Source: Malacoraja senta (Eukaryota). From it: a DNA stretch of 64,000 bases. Below are positions 49,469 through 63,026 of the stretch, piece by piece. The notes under the pieces were generated by a model. That model saw only the letters and a list, made by a program, of their open reading frames with translations, did no database searches and had not been told where the DNA came from. Every line of letters starts with the position of its first letter. The stretch's first letter is position 1. The stretch covers positions 5,706,001-5,770,000 of the forward strand of contig CM075995.1 of the NCBI GenBank assembly GCA_038087875.1, given 5' to 3'. The position numbers were made by a program, and so were the translations under genes.

Positions 49469-50178
49469 TACACACAGTCCCGTTTATATCAACGGGTCGA
49501 TGGTGGAGAGGGTCAAGAGCTTCAAATTCCTGGGCATGCATATTTCTGAAGATCTCTCCTGGTCCCAGAACACTGATGCAATTATAAAGAAAGCACATCA
49601 GCGCCTCTACTTCCTGAGAAGATTACGGAGAGTCGGTATGTCAAGGAGGATTCTCTCGAACTTCTACAGGTGCACAGTAGAGAGCATGCTGACCGGTTGC
49701 ATCGTGGCTTGGTTCGGCAACTTGAGCGCCCAGGAGCGGAAAAGACTGCAAAAAGTTGTAAACACTGCCCAGTCCATCATCGGCTCTGACCTCACTACCA
49801 TCGAGGGGATCTATCGCTGCCTCAAAAAGGCTGGCAGCATCATCAAGGACCCACACCATCCTGGCCACACACTCATCTCTCCACTGCCTTCATGTAGAAG
49901 GTACAGGAGCCTGAAATCTGCAACATCCAGGTTCAGGAACAGCTTCTTCCCCACAGCCATCAGACTATTGAACTCAACTCAAACAAAATCTGAACTTTAA
50001 TAGCCTATTCCACTTTATCTGATTATTTATGTGTGTATATATATATATATTCAATGGTATATGGACACACTGATCTATTCTGTATTTATTTATGCCTGCA
50101 ATATTCTGTTGTGCTGAAGCAAAGCAAGAATTTCATTGTCCTATCTGGGACACATGACAATAAACTCTCTTGAATCTT
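49469..50178 (+). mobile_element. Rex1/Babar LINE 3' fragment inserted in a SINE
   Basis: FKFLGMHISEDLSWS...KKAHQRLYFLRRL...NSFFPTAIRLLN plus 3'UTR; SINE halves on both sides. Confidence 0.9.
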
Positions 50179-51125
50179 CGAGATCTTTGGTTTCCTCCCA
50201 CATTCCAAGACGTACAAGTTTGTAGGTTAATTGGCTTGGTATAGATGTAAATTTTCCCTAGTGTGTGTAGGATAGTGTTAATGTACGGGAATCGCTGGTT
50301 GGTGCGGACTCGGTAGGCCAAGGGGCCTATTTTCAGGCAGGACCCTTAAGAGCATCGATGTACAGAGTGATCTTGGAGTGCATGTCCATAGCTCCCCAAA
50401 AGTGGTAGCTCAAATGGATATGATGGTAAAAAGGCATATGACATACTTGCCTTTACATTGAGTAAATAAAGGCTGTATGCCACAACATCATAAACTTTGA
50501 TTAGGCCACATTTGGGGCAGAGATCATAAGATCATGGCTGATCTAACTCTCCCTCTGAACCCCATTCTCCTGCCTCCTCCCATAACCCCTGACACCCGTA
50601 CTAATCAAGAATCTCTCTCTCTGCCTTAAAAAAAGTGTGCAATTCCTGTGGCCACACTATGGGAAGGAATTGGAGAGTGTGCAGAACAGGTTCACCGATC
50701 GGGATGAAGCTTGGTTTAGCATGTATTAGCTATGAGAAGAGTTTGGACAAACTTAGATTGCATCTCTGGGAAGCTTTGGAGGCTGAGGGGCGACCTGATA
50801 GAAATACTTAAAATTATGGGAGGCAGAAATAGGGTAGATAATCATAGTCTTTTTCCCAGGGTGGAAGTCAAATACCAGAGGACATATTGACAGGGGAGCG
50901 GAATTCAATTGGCAAAAAATACCTCCCAAGGACTTGAAGAGAAATACATTGCATAAAATACTAGTATTTCCATATTTGGGTAAATCAGAGGTCAACTACA
51001 TACATGTAGGAAGGAACGGCAGATGCTGGTTTAAACTGAAGATAGACACAAAAAGCTGGAGTAACTCAACAGGTCAGACCGCATCTCTGGAGAAAATGTG
51101 GTCTGAAGGTCTGAAAACAGGAGGT

Positions 51126-51153
51126 CTGAAGAAGGGTCTCGACTCGAAACGTC
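51126..51153 (+). ncRNA. Minimal type I hammerhead ribozyme core
   Basis: CUGAAGA-A-GGGUCUCGACUC-GAAAC-GUC. Confidence 0.55.
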
Positions 51154-52802
51154 AACTACATACACATCTTTTAATTAATCATCTAGGGTTAGCCCTCAAC
51201 TGCTATATACCATTTTAACCAGTATACAGTTTTTTTTTGTTGCAAAATCAATTTACCATCTTTTAAATACCTCACACTATACAGGATAATGAATCACTAG
51301 CTTTCAGGAATACAAGGTCAATATTTCAGTGCTTTTATTCGTGTTAACATAATTTCATCTGGAACGAGTATTAGATAACAATCAGTAAAACAACCTGATG
51401 GAATGTTTGATGTTTTCACTAGCTTTTTCTTTACTTTGTGTGTTTATTCATATGAATATGCAGGAGAATGGAGGGGTATTGATCACGTACAGGTAAAGGA
51501 GATTAGTTTAACGTGACATCATGTTCGGCACGGACATTGTGGGCCGAAAGGCCTGTTTTCCGGGCTGTACTGTTTTATATTTTATGTTTGTATTAATCTT
51601 GGCCCCTAAAAAACAATTAAAACTGCTCAACATCTACTAAAGTACCACTTTTTAGATCTTTCTGATAAAAATTCCCGTAGCTTATATTCCTATATTAATA
51701 GCCTTTTCCCATCAGGAAACATGAAAATTGTGAAAATGCACACCTCCAGGTTCAGGGACAGTTTCTTCCCAGCTGTTATCAGGAAAAAGAACCATCCAAC
51801 CACAACCAGAGAGCAGTCCTGAGCTACTATCTACCTCATTGGAGACCCTCTGACTATCTTTGATCGGACTTTACCTTGTACTAAATGTTATTAATGTTAT
51901 TCCCTTTATCATGTATCTGTGGGTGGCTCAATTGTAATCATGCACTGACTTTCCGATGACTGGCTAGCACATAACAAAAACTTTTCACTGTACCTCAGTA
52001 CAGGTGACAATAAATTAACTCCAACTCAATAGCTTATCCCTTCTCCCATATCCTAGTAGTATCTGGAAATGAGCATTTGCACCATTTGCGCTTGCAGCAT
52101 AATTTGCACCATTATCTGCACTGCAGTTCAATAGCACACAATTCCAAACTGTACTCAACATCAAAACAACATTAATATAACAACTTGAACGTCACAATGG
52201 TTGAGCATTAAAGAAGTGGGTCAATTGATAAGATTGCCATTTCCAGACAATTAACCAGCTATACTAAATAACTGAAACAAATGTTAACTTCTATTACGTT
52301 CAGTTACAGTTTGCTGCGATTTACTGATTTACTTCAGCGTCTTTCGATCAACTTTATCTCCCTCACTGACTTTATTATGTATCACATTATAATAACGAGG
52401 GACTCTTGTTTTGCGAAGACATCTTTCTGTGTTTAACATCAGGGAAAGCCAGACAATGTACAACACCAGGCCACACATGCATTTGCACAACAAGTGACTG
52501 GAAGGTTTGTCAAAGAGGTAGGTTATAAGGAGAGCTGCAAAGGATGCAGTGGAAACAAAAGTGACTTGGAAGAGAATTCCAAAGATTATGACCAAATTGA
52601 ATGCGTGGCCATTAAGAGTTGGAACAACAATGACATAAAGCTCCAGCGACACAGGTTCAATCCCGACCTCTGGTGCAGTCTGTGTGGAGTTCACACTCTC
52701 TCCTCGTGACCTCAGTGTGTTTCTTTGGGTTCTGCAATTTCCTCCCACATCCCAAAATCATGCATGTGTGAGTAGGTTAACTGGACACTGTAAATTGTCC
52801 TT

Positions 52803-54271
52803 AATTCAATTCAATTCAATTCAATTCAATTCAATTCAATTCAACTTTAATGTCATTGCACAAATACTGAGTATGGGTACAACGAAATGCAGTTTTGCGT
52901 CAGTCCGTAGTAGTAGTGCAATATAGAAATTAAAAAAAAAAAAAAAGAGGATACAGAATAATCAAAAATACAGAATAATTAACAATGGGGACGGAGGGAC
53001 CGGAGGAATCTATCGGCGGGACTGCGAGTTCAGCAATGCAACGGTATAATTGTAGAAGCTGTTCCTCATCCTACTGGTACGAGACCTGAGGCTCCTGTAC
53101 CGCCTCCCTGATGGGAGGAGGGCAAACAGTCCATGGTTGGGGTGGGAGGGGTCTTTAATGATCTTCCCGTTTCAGACACCGTTATCGGTGGAGGGCATCC
53201 ATGGCAGGGAACGGGGCACCGATGATGTGCTGCGCGGTTTTCACCACCCGTTGTAGTGCCTTCCTGTCTGCAACAGTGCAGCTGCTGTACCATACCGTGA
53301 AGCAGGTGGTCAGGATGCTCTCGATGGTACACCGGTAGAAGTTGGTCAGGATCTGGGGGGACAGGTGGGCTTTCTTGAGCCTCCTCAGGAAGTAAAGGCG
53401 CTGCTGTGCCTTTTTGATCAGCTTGGAGGTGTTGAGGGACCAGGACAAATCCTCCGAGATGTGTACCCCGAGGAATTTGTAGCTGGAGACGCGCTCCACC
53501 TCAGTCCCGTTTATATGGATGGGGGTATGTCTGCCCCCTCTGACCTTCCTGAAGTCGACAATAATTTCCTTCGTCTTCTTGGAGTTGAGGACGAGGTTAT
53601 TGTTGGCACACCAGGTTGTCAGGTGCTGGACCTCCTCTCTGTAGGCTGACTCATCGTTGTCACTGATCAGTCCTACCACCGTGGTGTCGTCAGCAAACTT
53701 AATGATGGCGTTGGATCCGTACTTAGGGATGCAGTCGTGGGTGAAGAGGGAGTAGAGGAGAGGGCTGAGCACACAGCCCTGTGGCACGCCTGTGTTCAGT
53801 GTTATAGTGGAGGAGGTGAGGTTGTTGACCCTAACAGACTGTGTCTGTTGGTGAGGAAATCCAGTGTCCAGTTGCAGAGGGAGGTGGAGATGCCAAGCCC
53901 GCTGAGTTTGGTGATCAAGCTAGCGGGGATGACAGTGTTAAAAGCGGAGCTGAAATCAATGAACAGCAACCTGATGTAGGAGTTGTTGTTGTCCAGGTGG
54001 GTCAGGGCAGAGTGTAGGGCCGCCGATATGGCGTCCTCTGTAGACCTGTTGGCCCGGTAGGCAAACTGATGGGGGTCCAGTGTGGGGGGGAGGCTGGCTT
54101 TGAGGTGAGCCAAGATCAGCCGCTCAAAGCACTTAGCAATGACAGGGGTGAGTGCCACTGGGCGGAAATCGTTGAGGCTCCCTGTGGCTGACTGTTTGGG
54201 CATTGGCACGATGGTTGATGTCTTGAGGCAAGTGGGGACAACACCCTGGGCCAGTGAGAGATTGAAAAAGC
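52803..54271 (-). mobile_element. Rex1/Babar LINE, 5'-truncated, RT region with frameshifts
   Basis: ORFs 53802-54275 and 53182-53787 contain [44 protein letters not shown] and KKAQQRLYFLRRL; (TTGAA)n tail at 52803-52845. Confidence 0.92.
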
Positions 54272-54869
54272 TCATGTTATAAGCACAAAATTAGGCCATT
54301 CGGCCCATCAAGTCTACTCCGCCATTCAATCATGGCTAATCTATCTTTCCTTCTCAACCTCATTCTCCTGCCTTCTCTTCGTAACCTTTGAAATTACTAT
54401 TCCAGAACCCCTACTAATCAAAACAATAGCAATCTCCGTTTTAAACATACCTAATCACTTGGCCTCCACAGCCGTCATGGCAATGAATTCCACGGGTGAG
54501 TATCAGGGACATGGAAGGGGCGGGTGGTTGACCGAAATGGATGTTCTTCAGGATCGTCTACACTTCATCAAATTCTGTATGCTGGGAAAACAGTTGCTCC
54601 TTATCATCTTGTACTAAAGTGACCAATCAAAGTCCAATACCAAAACAGTAATGCAACACCTAGGATTCTCTCAGGAATTCCATCATGGTAACACCAAAAG
54701 ATCCATAGCTGATTTGGCTATCCTTCCACCTTGACAACAAATTGGGCACCCAAGCGAAGCATGAACTTCAGTGCACTATTGGACTGCCATTCCTCAGAGG
54801 AAACTTTTAAGCTGAAAATTGTGCAGAGAAGATATACGAGGATGTTGCCAGGGCTTGAGGGAGCAAGAG

Positions 54870-56400
54870 TCCCCCTAGTCGCTTGCAACCCCTCCCCCCC
54901 AGTCGCAACAGGAACAGAATCCCCCTAGACACTTGCTCCCCCTCCTCTCCCTGCCACCCCCAGTCGCAACAGGGACAGAGTTCCCCTAGTCCTCACCTTT
55001 CACCCCATCAGCCGTCGCATACAATACATCATCGACCGACATTTTCACCACCTCCAAAGGAACTCTACCACTAGTCACAACTTCCCATCTCCACCCCTTT
55101 CTGCTTTCCGCAGAGACTGTTCCCTCCGCAACTCACTGGTTCATTCAGCCCTTCCCACCCAAATAGATGATAGACAATTGACAAAAGGTGCAGGAGTAGA
55201 CTATTCGAGCCAATGTGATCAATGTGATCATGGCTGATCATCCACAATCAGTATCCTGTTCCTGCCTTCTCCCCATATCCCCTGACTCCGCTATCTTTAA
55301 GAGCCCTATCTAGCTCTCTCTTGAAAGTATCCAGAGAACTGGCCTCCACTGCCCTCTGAGGCAGAGAATTCCACAGACTCACAACTCTCTGTGTGAAAAA
55401 GTGTTTCCTCATCTCTGTTCTAAATGGCTTACCCCTTATTCTTAAACTGTGGCCCCTGGTTCTGGACTCCCCCAACATCGGGAACATGTTTCCTGCCTCT
55501 AGCGTGTCCAAACCCTTAATAATCTTATATGTTTCAATAAGATCCCTTATTTTAAGATCCCTCAAACTCATCCTTCTAAATTCCAGAGTATACAAGCCCA
55601 GCCGCTCCATTCTCTCAGCATATGACAGTCCCGCCATCCCGGGAATTAACCTTGTGAACCTACGCTGCACTCCCTCATAGCAAGAATGTCCTTCCCCCTC
55701 CCCAGGAACTTTCCCTTGCAACCGTAGGAGATGCAACACCTGTCCTTGTACCTCCTCCCTCGACTCCATCCAGGGTCCCCGACAGTCCTTTCAGAAACTG
55801 AGATAGAGTTTCGTTTGCACCTCCTCCAACCTCATCTACTGTATCCATTGTTCTCGTTTTGGGCTCCTATATATTGGCAGACCAAGCGCAGACTGGCCGA
55901 TTGTTTCGCTGAACATCTATGCTCAGTCCGCTTTGGCCTACGCAATGTAACGGCTGCAAAATATTTTAGCTCACCTTCCCATACTGACCTTTCTGTCCTG
56001 GGCCTCCTCAACCGTGTGAGGCCACACGCAAATTGGAGGAACAGCACCTCATATTTTGCTTGGACCGCTTACAACCCAGCGGTATGAACGTTGATTTCTC
56101 TAATTTCAAAAAACCTTTGCATTCCTGCCTCCCCCTCCCCACCCTCGTCACCCTATTAGTTCCGCTGTTCGCATCCTTGAATCCTTTTGTTATCTCCTCT
56201 TCCCCAGCCAACAATGGGCCATTAAGGGCTCCACCCTTCCTTGGTCATCGGTTGCCGGCTCTGCTTTATTCTGGCCTTTTCTTACCTCCAGTTCCCTCCC
56301 CTATACTTTCAGTCTGAAGAGGGGTCCCGACCTGAAAGGTCAACCATCCATTTTCTCCAGAGATGCTGCCTGACCCGCTGAGTTATCCTGCACTTTGTGT
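54870..56400 (+). mobile_element. Penelope-like element 3' region (degenerate GIY-YIG endonuclease plus pLTR end)
   Basis: Frameshifted YIG/TKRRLADCFAEHLCSV and LEEQHLIF...LQPSGMN motifs, ending in CTGAAGA...GAAAGGTC and the shared tail. Confidence 0.8.
55165..55695 (-). mobile_element. CR1 3' fragment nested in a Penelope-like element
   Basis: QRRFTRLIPGM...FFTQRVVSLWNSLP. Confidence 0.88.
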
Positions 56401-56523
56401 TTATATCCAGTGCATTGAGTCATGCCTTGACCATGTAACTGAGCAGATTACAACTTGTGAGATCCAACTTTAAATGCCTACATAACAACTAGGATCCACT
56501 GATGAAGAAGTTAAGAAGACTTA

Positions 56524-56712
56524 GAGGCCTGTCCCACTTGGGCATCATTTGCGCGTCATGACGCGCGCATGGTGCGCATTACGCGCGCATGGTGCGTGGT
56601 GATGTAGGCAGTGACGCACAGTCGCGCACAGCGCCCCAGGATTTTGGGATGTACAAAATCTTCGCGTGCCATCTGCGTGATGCACAAATGACGCCCAACT
56701 GGGACAGGCCCT
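56524..56712. mobile_element. PIF/Harbinger-like MITE
   Basis: TIRs GGCCTGTCCCACTTGGGC / GCCCAACTGGGACAGGCC with TTA on both sides; CpG-rich interior. Confidence 0.82.
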
Positions 56713-57321
56713 TTATCTTTAACTTACGATGACGTACTCAAAAGAGTTAAACTTGTGTACCCTGCTGAAAATTAGATTGAGGGGGACACACGATCAGTTC
56801 ATCAAGGGCGATTACTCATTTTTATCCAGTGTTGAAGGATCTAGAATTTTACCTACTGCTGATGCCAAGCTAAACAGTCCTGCCTATGTTCAATTGTAGA
56901 GTCAAGGTTTTACATCGGTGGCCATCCAGTCAGTTGACACAATCTTCCACATCTGACAAGGCTTTGAAAGATTACATTCAGAGCACTCTACTACTTTCTC
57001 TCTGAAACCGTTTCATGTTCCAGACTATGGCCATCTGGGTTGGCTGCCCTTCACCATGTTCCACTGAACGCTGGCTGGTATTACTTCCTTTATCTGCAGT
57101 CGCGTCTCATATAAAGTTCAAATAGCAATCAAACGCGACTGCGAGCGGATTGCTCATATATATACCCTCAAAACCAGACATACATGTACAAATTAATTGT
57201 GCAACAAACCCGTGGAAACTGGACTGAGTAGTTACAGGCACAAAACCAAGCCTTACAATCTCTTAAACCTGTTGTACTATATTACAGCTCATCCATTTAA
57301 CCATCTTGGTGGTTAAAGAAT

Positions 57322-58218
57322 GGATCGACTGGGCTTGTATTCACTGGAATTTAGAAGGATGAGAGGGAATCTTATAGAAACATATAACATTCTTAAGGGA
57401 TTGGACCGGCTAGATGCAGGAAAAATGTTCCCGATGTTGGGGGAGTCCAGAACCAAGTTTAAGAATAAGGGGTAGGCCATTTAGGACTGAGATGAGAAAA
57501 AACATTTTCAGCCAGAGAGTTGTGAATCTGTGGAATTCTCTGTCACAGAAGGCAGTGGAGGCCAATTCACTGGGTGTATTCAAGAGAGTTAGATATAGCT
57601 CCTAGGGATGTAATGTTAAAATTGAAGTTGGGATGTAATGTTAAAATTGTACAAGGCATTGGTGAGGCCAATTCTGGAGTATGGTGTACAATTTTGGTCG
57701 CCAAATTAACGGAAAGATGTCAACAAAATAGAGAGAGTTCAGAGGAGATTTACTAGAATGTTGCCTGGGTTTCAGCAACTAAGTTACAGAGAAAGGTTGA
57801 AGAAGTTAGGTCTTTATTCTTTGGAGCGCAGAAGGTTAAGGGGGGACTTGATAGAGGTTGTTATATGGTTATGTGGCTAACGGGATCATGGGATATGGGG
57901 CGAAAGCAGGAACGGGTACTGATTCTGGATGGTAGACACAAAATGCTGGAGTAACTCAGCAGGTCAGGCAGCATCTCTGGAGAGAAGGAATGGGTTACAT
58001 TTCCGGTTGAGACCCTTCTTCAGACGTCACCTATTCCTTCTCTCCAGAGATGCTGCCTGACTCGCTGAGTTACTCCAACACTTTGTGTCTACCTTCAATT
58101 TAAACCAGCATCTGCAGTTCTTTCTTACATTCTGGATGATCAGCCATGATCATATTGAATGGCAGTGCTGGCTCGAAGGGTTGAAATGGCCTACTCCTGC
58201 GCCTATTTTCTATGTTTC
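57322..58218 (+). mobile_element. CR1 fragments with a nested Penelope fold-back
   Basis: CR1 ORF2 C-terminus and 3'UTR. Confidence 0.82.
57932..58128. mobile_element. Penelope pLTR fold-back unit with 10-bp TSD
   Basis: ATTCTGGATG at 57922-57931 and 58129-58138, inside a CR1 3'UTR. Confidence 0.83.
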
Positions 58219-59453
58219 TAAAACATTTACTTCCATCCGGGTACTGCTCATTTCTGCCATGTACACCATTTTCAACTTGCACTGTAGAAAGACTTCTTTA
58301 ACCTTTAAGTCAGGAAACTGGGGAATCGGACAGCATGCAGATGTGCTGAACAAAAAAACCACAAGATTCCATTGCATTCATTCACCACATGCAGATGTGA
58401 CCCTTCCCTGTTGCTGGGTCAGAATTGTGGAACTCTCCGTTCAATAGTGAAAGCACAATCGCCATTGTAGAGGCCAAAGTGGCAGCACGTTGCCACCCAC
58501 TCAAGGTCAAAGAGGATGTGCAAAAACCTGCAACCTTACCAGTGAAATTGACATCCTGTGAATGAGTGATTTCAAAAGATAAATTTAATAGTGAAGGATG
58601 CACAAAGTAATTATTCAACAAAGAAGTATTTTCCTTATTTCTATTGCAATGTTCTTCATTTCTGTTCTTAAAATGACTACAGAGAATTAATTGTGATTCT
58701 CTGCCGTTGACCCTGTTAGAGCTAGAAAATGCCAGCACCAACTGCAAAACATTTTCTGTATTTTAATGAACCTATAATTGCTTTTTTGTTTTGTTTTGTG
58801 GTTCCATTTCACTGTAACCTGTTTATTTGCACGGCGCAACTCGGGCACGATGTTTGGACAGGATGTTACTAATTACAAGCAAAAATAACTGCTGGAGGTA
58901 TTCAGAGGTTCAATGAACAGAGAACAGTACAGGAACAGGCCCTTTGGCCTGCAATGTCCACACACCGAACATAATGCCAAGTCAAACTAATCTCCTCTGC
59001 CTGCGTGTGTGATCTGTATCCCTCCACATTCATAAGTGCCAATGGAAAAGCCTCTTAAATGCCACTGCCATATTTACCTGCACCACCACCCCTGGCAGCA
59101 CATTCCAGGAACCCACCAATATCTGTGTAAAAAAATTGCCCCACATATCTCCTTTAAACTTTGTCTCTCTCACCTTAAAGTTATGCCCTCTAGTCAGTGA
59201 CATTTCCACCCCAGGAAAAAGGTTCTGACTGTCCACCCTATTTACGCCTCTCATGATTTTAAAAACATCTATTGGGGCTCCCCTCAGACTCCCAAAGAAT
59301 CAGGTGGCATCTGTGGAGGGAAATGGATACAATATGTTCGACCAGAAACGTCGCCTATTTCCTTCGCTCCATAGATGCTGCCTCACCCGCTGAGTTTCTC
59401 CAGCATTTCTGTCTACCTACAATATGTTCTGGATCTGGAGCCTTCTAATTATA

Positions 59454-59674
59454 TAGGAAAGAACTTCAGATGCTGGTTTAAATTGAAGGTAGACACAAAA
59501 TGCTGGAGTAACTCAGCAGGACAGGCAGCATCTCTGGTGTTTCTCTGGAGCATCTCAGCGTTTCGGGTCGAGACCCTTCTTCAGTCTGAAGAAGGGTCTC
59601 GACCCAAAACGCACCCATTCCTTCTCTCCAGAGATGCTGCCTGTCCCGCTGAGTTACTCCAGCATTTTGTATCT
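59454..59674. mobile_element. Penelope pLTR fold-back unit with 14-bp TSD
   Basis: Inverted pair meeting at CTTCTTCAGTCTGAAGAAG; GCCTTCTAATTATA at 59440-59453 and 59675-59688. Confidence 0.85.
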
Positions 59675-60173
59675 GCCTTCTAATTATACTTGCATTACAG
59701 ACAAAAGTCACAATTAGATCACCAAGTTCAAATTAAATCTTCACATTTGAAGGCAGGAAACCACTTGGAATGTTTTGTTGTCTAACTTAAGAGGTCAAAA
59801 GTGAGCAGCTTATGGTTATTTTAACCTTACTGATGTAACTTCTAGTTCCTACTTAATTTATGCCAAAGAGAACTAAAACTCGGAGGGGAAAACCTCAACA
59901 TCTGTTGATTAAAAAAGCTGCCACACAGCTTACACATTAATGTAGTGATAGCATGCATGCTCGATGGGACATCAAGCCCAATGCAAAAGACTGCCGTCCA
60001 CCCAGTTATACGATAGAAACCACAGAGGAAACTCCCCAACGTTTGAAATGCAAACCTCTTACGGAAGAAACGTCTAGGAAGGAACTGCAGATGCTGGTTT
60101 AAACCAAAGATAGACACAAAATGCTGGAGTAACTCTGTGGGACAGGCACCATCTCTGGAGAAACGGAATGGAT

Positions 60174-60201
60174 GACGTTTCGGGTTGAGACCCTTCTTCA
60201 G
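60174..60201 (-). ncRNA. Minimal type I hammerhead ribozyme core
   Basis: CUGAAGA-A-GGGUCUCAACCC-GAAAC-GUC. Confidence 0.6.
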
Positions 60202-60982
60202 ACTGAGGTAACGTTTCTTACCATGTGCACATAAGACACACACTCTCCCAAAATTTTAACAAAGGCTATTTCATCCACTTAAAAAATGGTGAGCTATGTA
60301 GCAGCAGCAGCAGCAAGTATTTTTTTAATCTCAATTCGACCTGATGCACATTATTTAAGGCCATGTGGTTTAGGACTTGATCAGACTGAAGCTTAATGCA
60401 AATTTACAACCATTTAAAGTAGCAAAAATACTCATTCTACTTGTGGAAATAACAAACCAGTGCTGGCTTTCTAGAATAAATGGACTGTTGCTTTGTGGAA
60501 TATAAAAGTTACTATTCATATGCCCTTCCACAATACTTTCATTTTTTGTACTCGCAGACCATACAAACTTAATCGTGCACTAGATACTCCCAAAATACTC
60601 AAACTGGCTCCTTACAGACCATTTTAAATTCTAATTACAACATGTTATTGTAGACGGAATAACCGCACCCTGTTACATTCAAGTGCAGTATTGCCTTAAT
60701 GGTGGAAATGAAGCGAATGTCTATGAAGTAACTACACCAGGAAATCCTGTCACAAACCCATTCTCCACAAGTCAAGTCCAAATAAACGTGGTAAAACTCA
60801 GGCGGATTCCATCAACACCGCCCAACACTTTGCACAGAGCAGTTCATCTTCTCGGTAACTTACGATTTCATATCCAGCCAACAAAGACCGTTTAATTTCT
60901 TTGCTCCACCACAGGAATTCAAGAAGCTGACACAGGCACGAAGGTTACGACTTCAGCAATTTGAAAAGGAAGTAGGACTTAC

Positions 60983-61106
60983 ATCACAGCACTGCTCAAA
61001 AGGAAGCTGCACAACAGAACACAACACAGGCGTGTTGCGTCCACAGCAATGGGCCTGAAATCACGATTCGCAGTTACGAGCAGGTGAGTCGGATTCGGAA
61101 GAATTC
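60983..61106 (-). other. Candidate non-coding 5'UTR exon of ELMO1
   Basis: 124-bp non-repeat, CpG-retaining segment bounded by TTTTATTTTTGTTTTCAG| and |GTAAGT on the ELMO1 strand. No recognisable protein similarity. Confidence 0.45.
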
Positions 61107-61269
61107 CTGAAAACAAAAATAAAATATATTAGAGCTCCATACAACATGTGCATTGATTCAGGTCTCAACCCGAAACGTCACCTATTCCTTCTCTACAGAG
61201 ATGCTGTCTGGCACGCTGAGTTACAACAGCATTTTGTGTCTATCTTCAAGTACATTGATTAAACATTTG

Positions 61270-62250
61270 CAAGAGGACATAGGTTTAAAGTGAACGGGGA
61301 AAGATTAATAGGAACCTGAGGGGTAACGTTTTCACGCAAAGGGTGGTAGGTTTCTGGAACGAGCTGCCGGAGGAGGTAGTTGGGGCAGCTAAGAAACATT
61401 TAGACAGGTACACAGATAGGACAGGTTTAGAGGGAAATGGGCCAAATGTAGGCAGGTGGGACTAGTATAGATGGGACATGTTGGCTGGTGTGGGCAAGTT
61501 GAACAGAAGGGCCCTATCAGAGGGGATAGGCCAAAATCCTTCATAACAAGAGGATTTCAGTATAGGAGTAAAGAGGTTCTTCTGCAGTTGTATAGGGCTC
61601 TGATGAGACCACATCTGGAGTATTGTGTACAGTTTTGGTCTCCTAATTTGAGGAAGGACATCCTTGTGATTGAGGCAGTGCAGCGTAGGTTCACGAGATT
61701 GGATGGCGGGACTGTCATATGAGGAAAGATTGAAAAGACTAGGCTTGTATTCATTGGATTTTGGAGGATGAGGGGATATCTTATAGAAACATATAAAATT
61801 ATAAATGGACTAGACAAGCTAGATGCAGGAAAAATGTTCCCAATGTTGGGCAAACTATTCACAGTCTTAGAATAAAGGGGGAGGTCATTTAAGTCTGAGG
61901 TGAGAAAATACTTTTTCATCCAGAGAGTTGTGAATTTATGGAATTCCCTGCCACAGAGGGCAGTGGAGGCCAAATCACTGGATGGATTTAAGAGAGAGTT
62001 AGATAGAGCTCTAGGGGCTAGTGGAATCAAGGGATATGGGGAGAAGGCAGGCACGGGTTATTGATAGGGGACGATCAGCCATGATCACAATGAATGGCGG
62101 TGCTGGATCGAAGGGCCGAATGGCCTTCTCCTTCACCTATTTTCTATGTTTCTATGTAAAATCAGAGGGGTATGGGCCAAATGCAGCCAAATGGGATTGA
62201 CTTAGTTGAGACATCTTGGTCAGCCTGTTTCCTTGTTATATCACTCTATA
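61270..62250 (+). mobile_element. CR1 3' fragments
   Basis: LYRALMRPHLEYCVQFWSP and 3'UTR ending TTTCTATGTTTCTATG. Confidence 0.88.
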
Positions 62251-62937
62251 AATGAAAAATGTACACGACCCTCTCTGCTAAGCAGAAACAAATATTTTGG
62301 AGCAGATTTGAATGAAGGGGTTCAAAGGGCTTCCTGCTTTCCACTTACACAGCTGGATGCTTTGGAAAGACAAGCAATTAATTTTCTTTTAAAAGAAGAA
62401 ATAACGTAAGAAAATAAATTGCCGAATCTGCTTAATAGGTCATCAAAGGAAGTCCGTAGGCACACAGATATACAACTGTACCAGTGATTACAATGCAAGA
62501 GAAGCAGGCTTGAATTGCCCGAGATTAAGTTATTGTAGCATTGGTGTAGATCACTGCTAAAAAACTCCAGGGCTTGGTCAACTAGTGCAGGATCTTCGAA
62601 TGTTATAAGATACAAATGCATCCGATCGTGAAGCAAGACTGTTCATATATTTATTGAATGTGAGTTTATTTGTTGAATGTGAGCTTCCATTATAATGGCC
62701 CATAGAGCAGAGCTGGAGAACACTTCCCTCAAGATGATCACTTTTCTACTGAGCGACTATGCTTTGAACACTGTGATCTTTCAAATCTGCCACTCTTCAT
62801 TTTCTAAGTCACTTTGGAGAAACAAGTAGACTAGAAATAGAAGGCCAAGTTATAAATAGATCATTTTCATCTTTTCCTGTTAACTATTATAATTAATTTT
62901 CCCTCGCATCTTCCTTCTCGCGGCCGCCTTCTAAGGA

Positions 62938-63026
62938 AGCATCGTCTGCATGTACATGAAACGATGTACATGAAGCATGTACATGAAACATGTACATGAA
63001 GCATCGTCTGCATGTACATGAAACAC
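62938..63026. repeat. Short tandem array of the palindrome CATGTACATG
   Basis: About 5 copies at 12-21 bp spacing. Confidence 0.85.

Noticed and set aside
52494..52709. 71-aa ORF MTGRFVKEVG...
   Set aside because: No splice support or recognisable homology; runs into a SINE and looks like decayed LINE sequence.
62948..63020. CATG-rich array as a p53 response element
   Set aside because: Units deviate from RRRCWWGYYY and are better explained as a local duplication.
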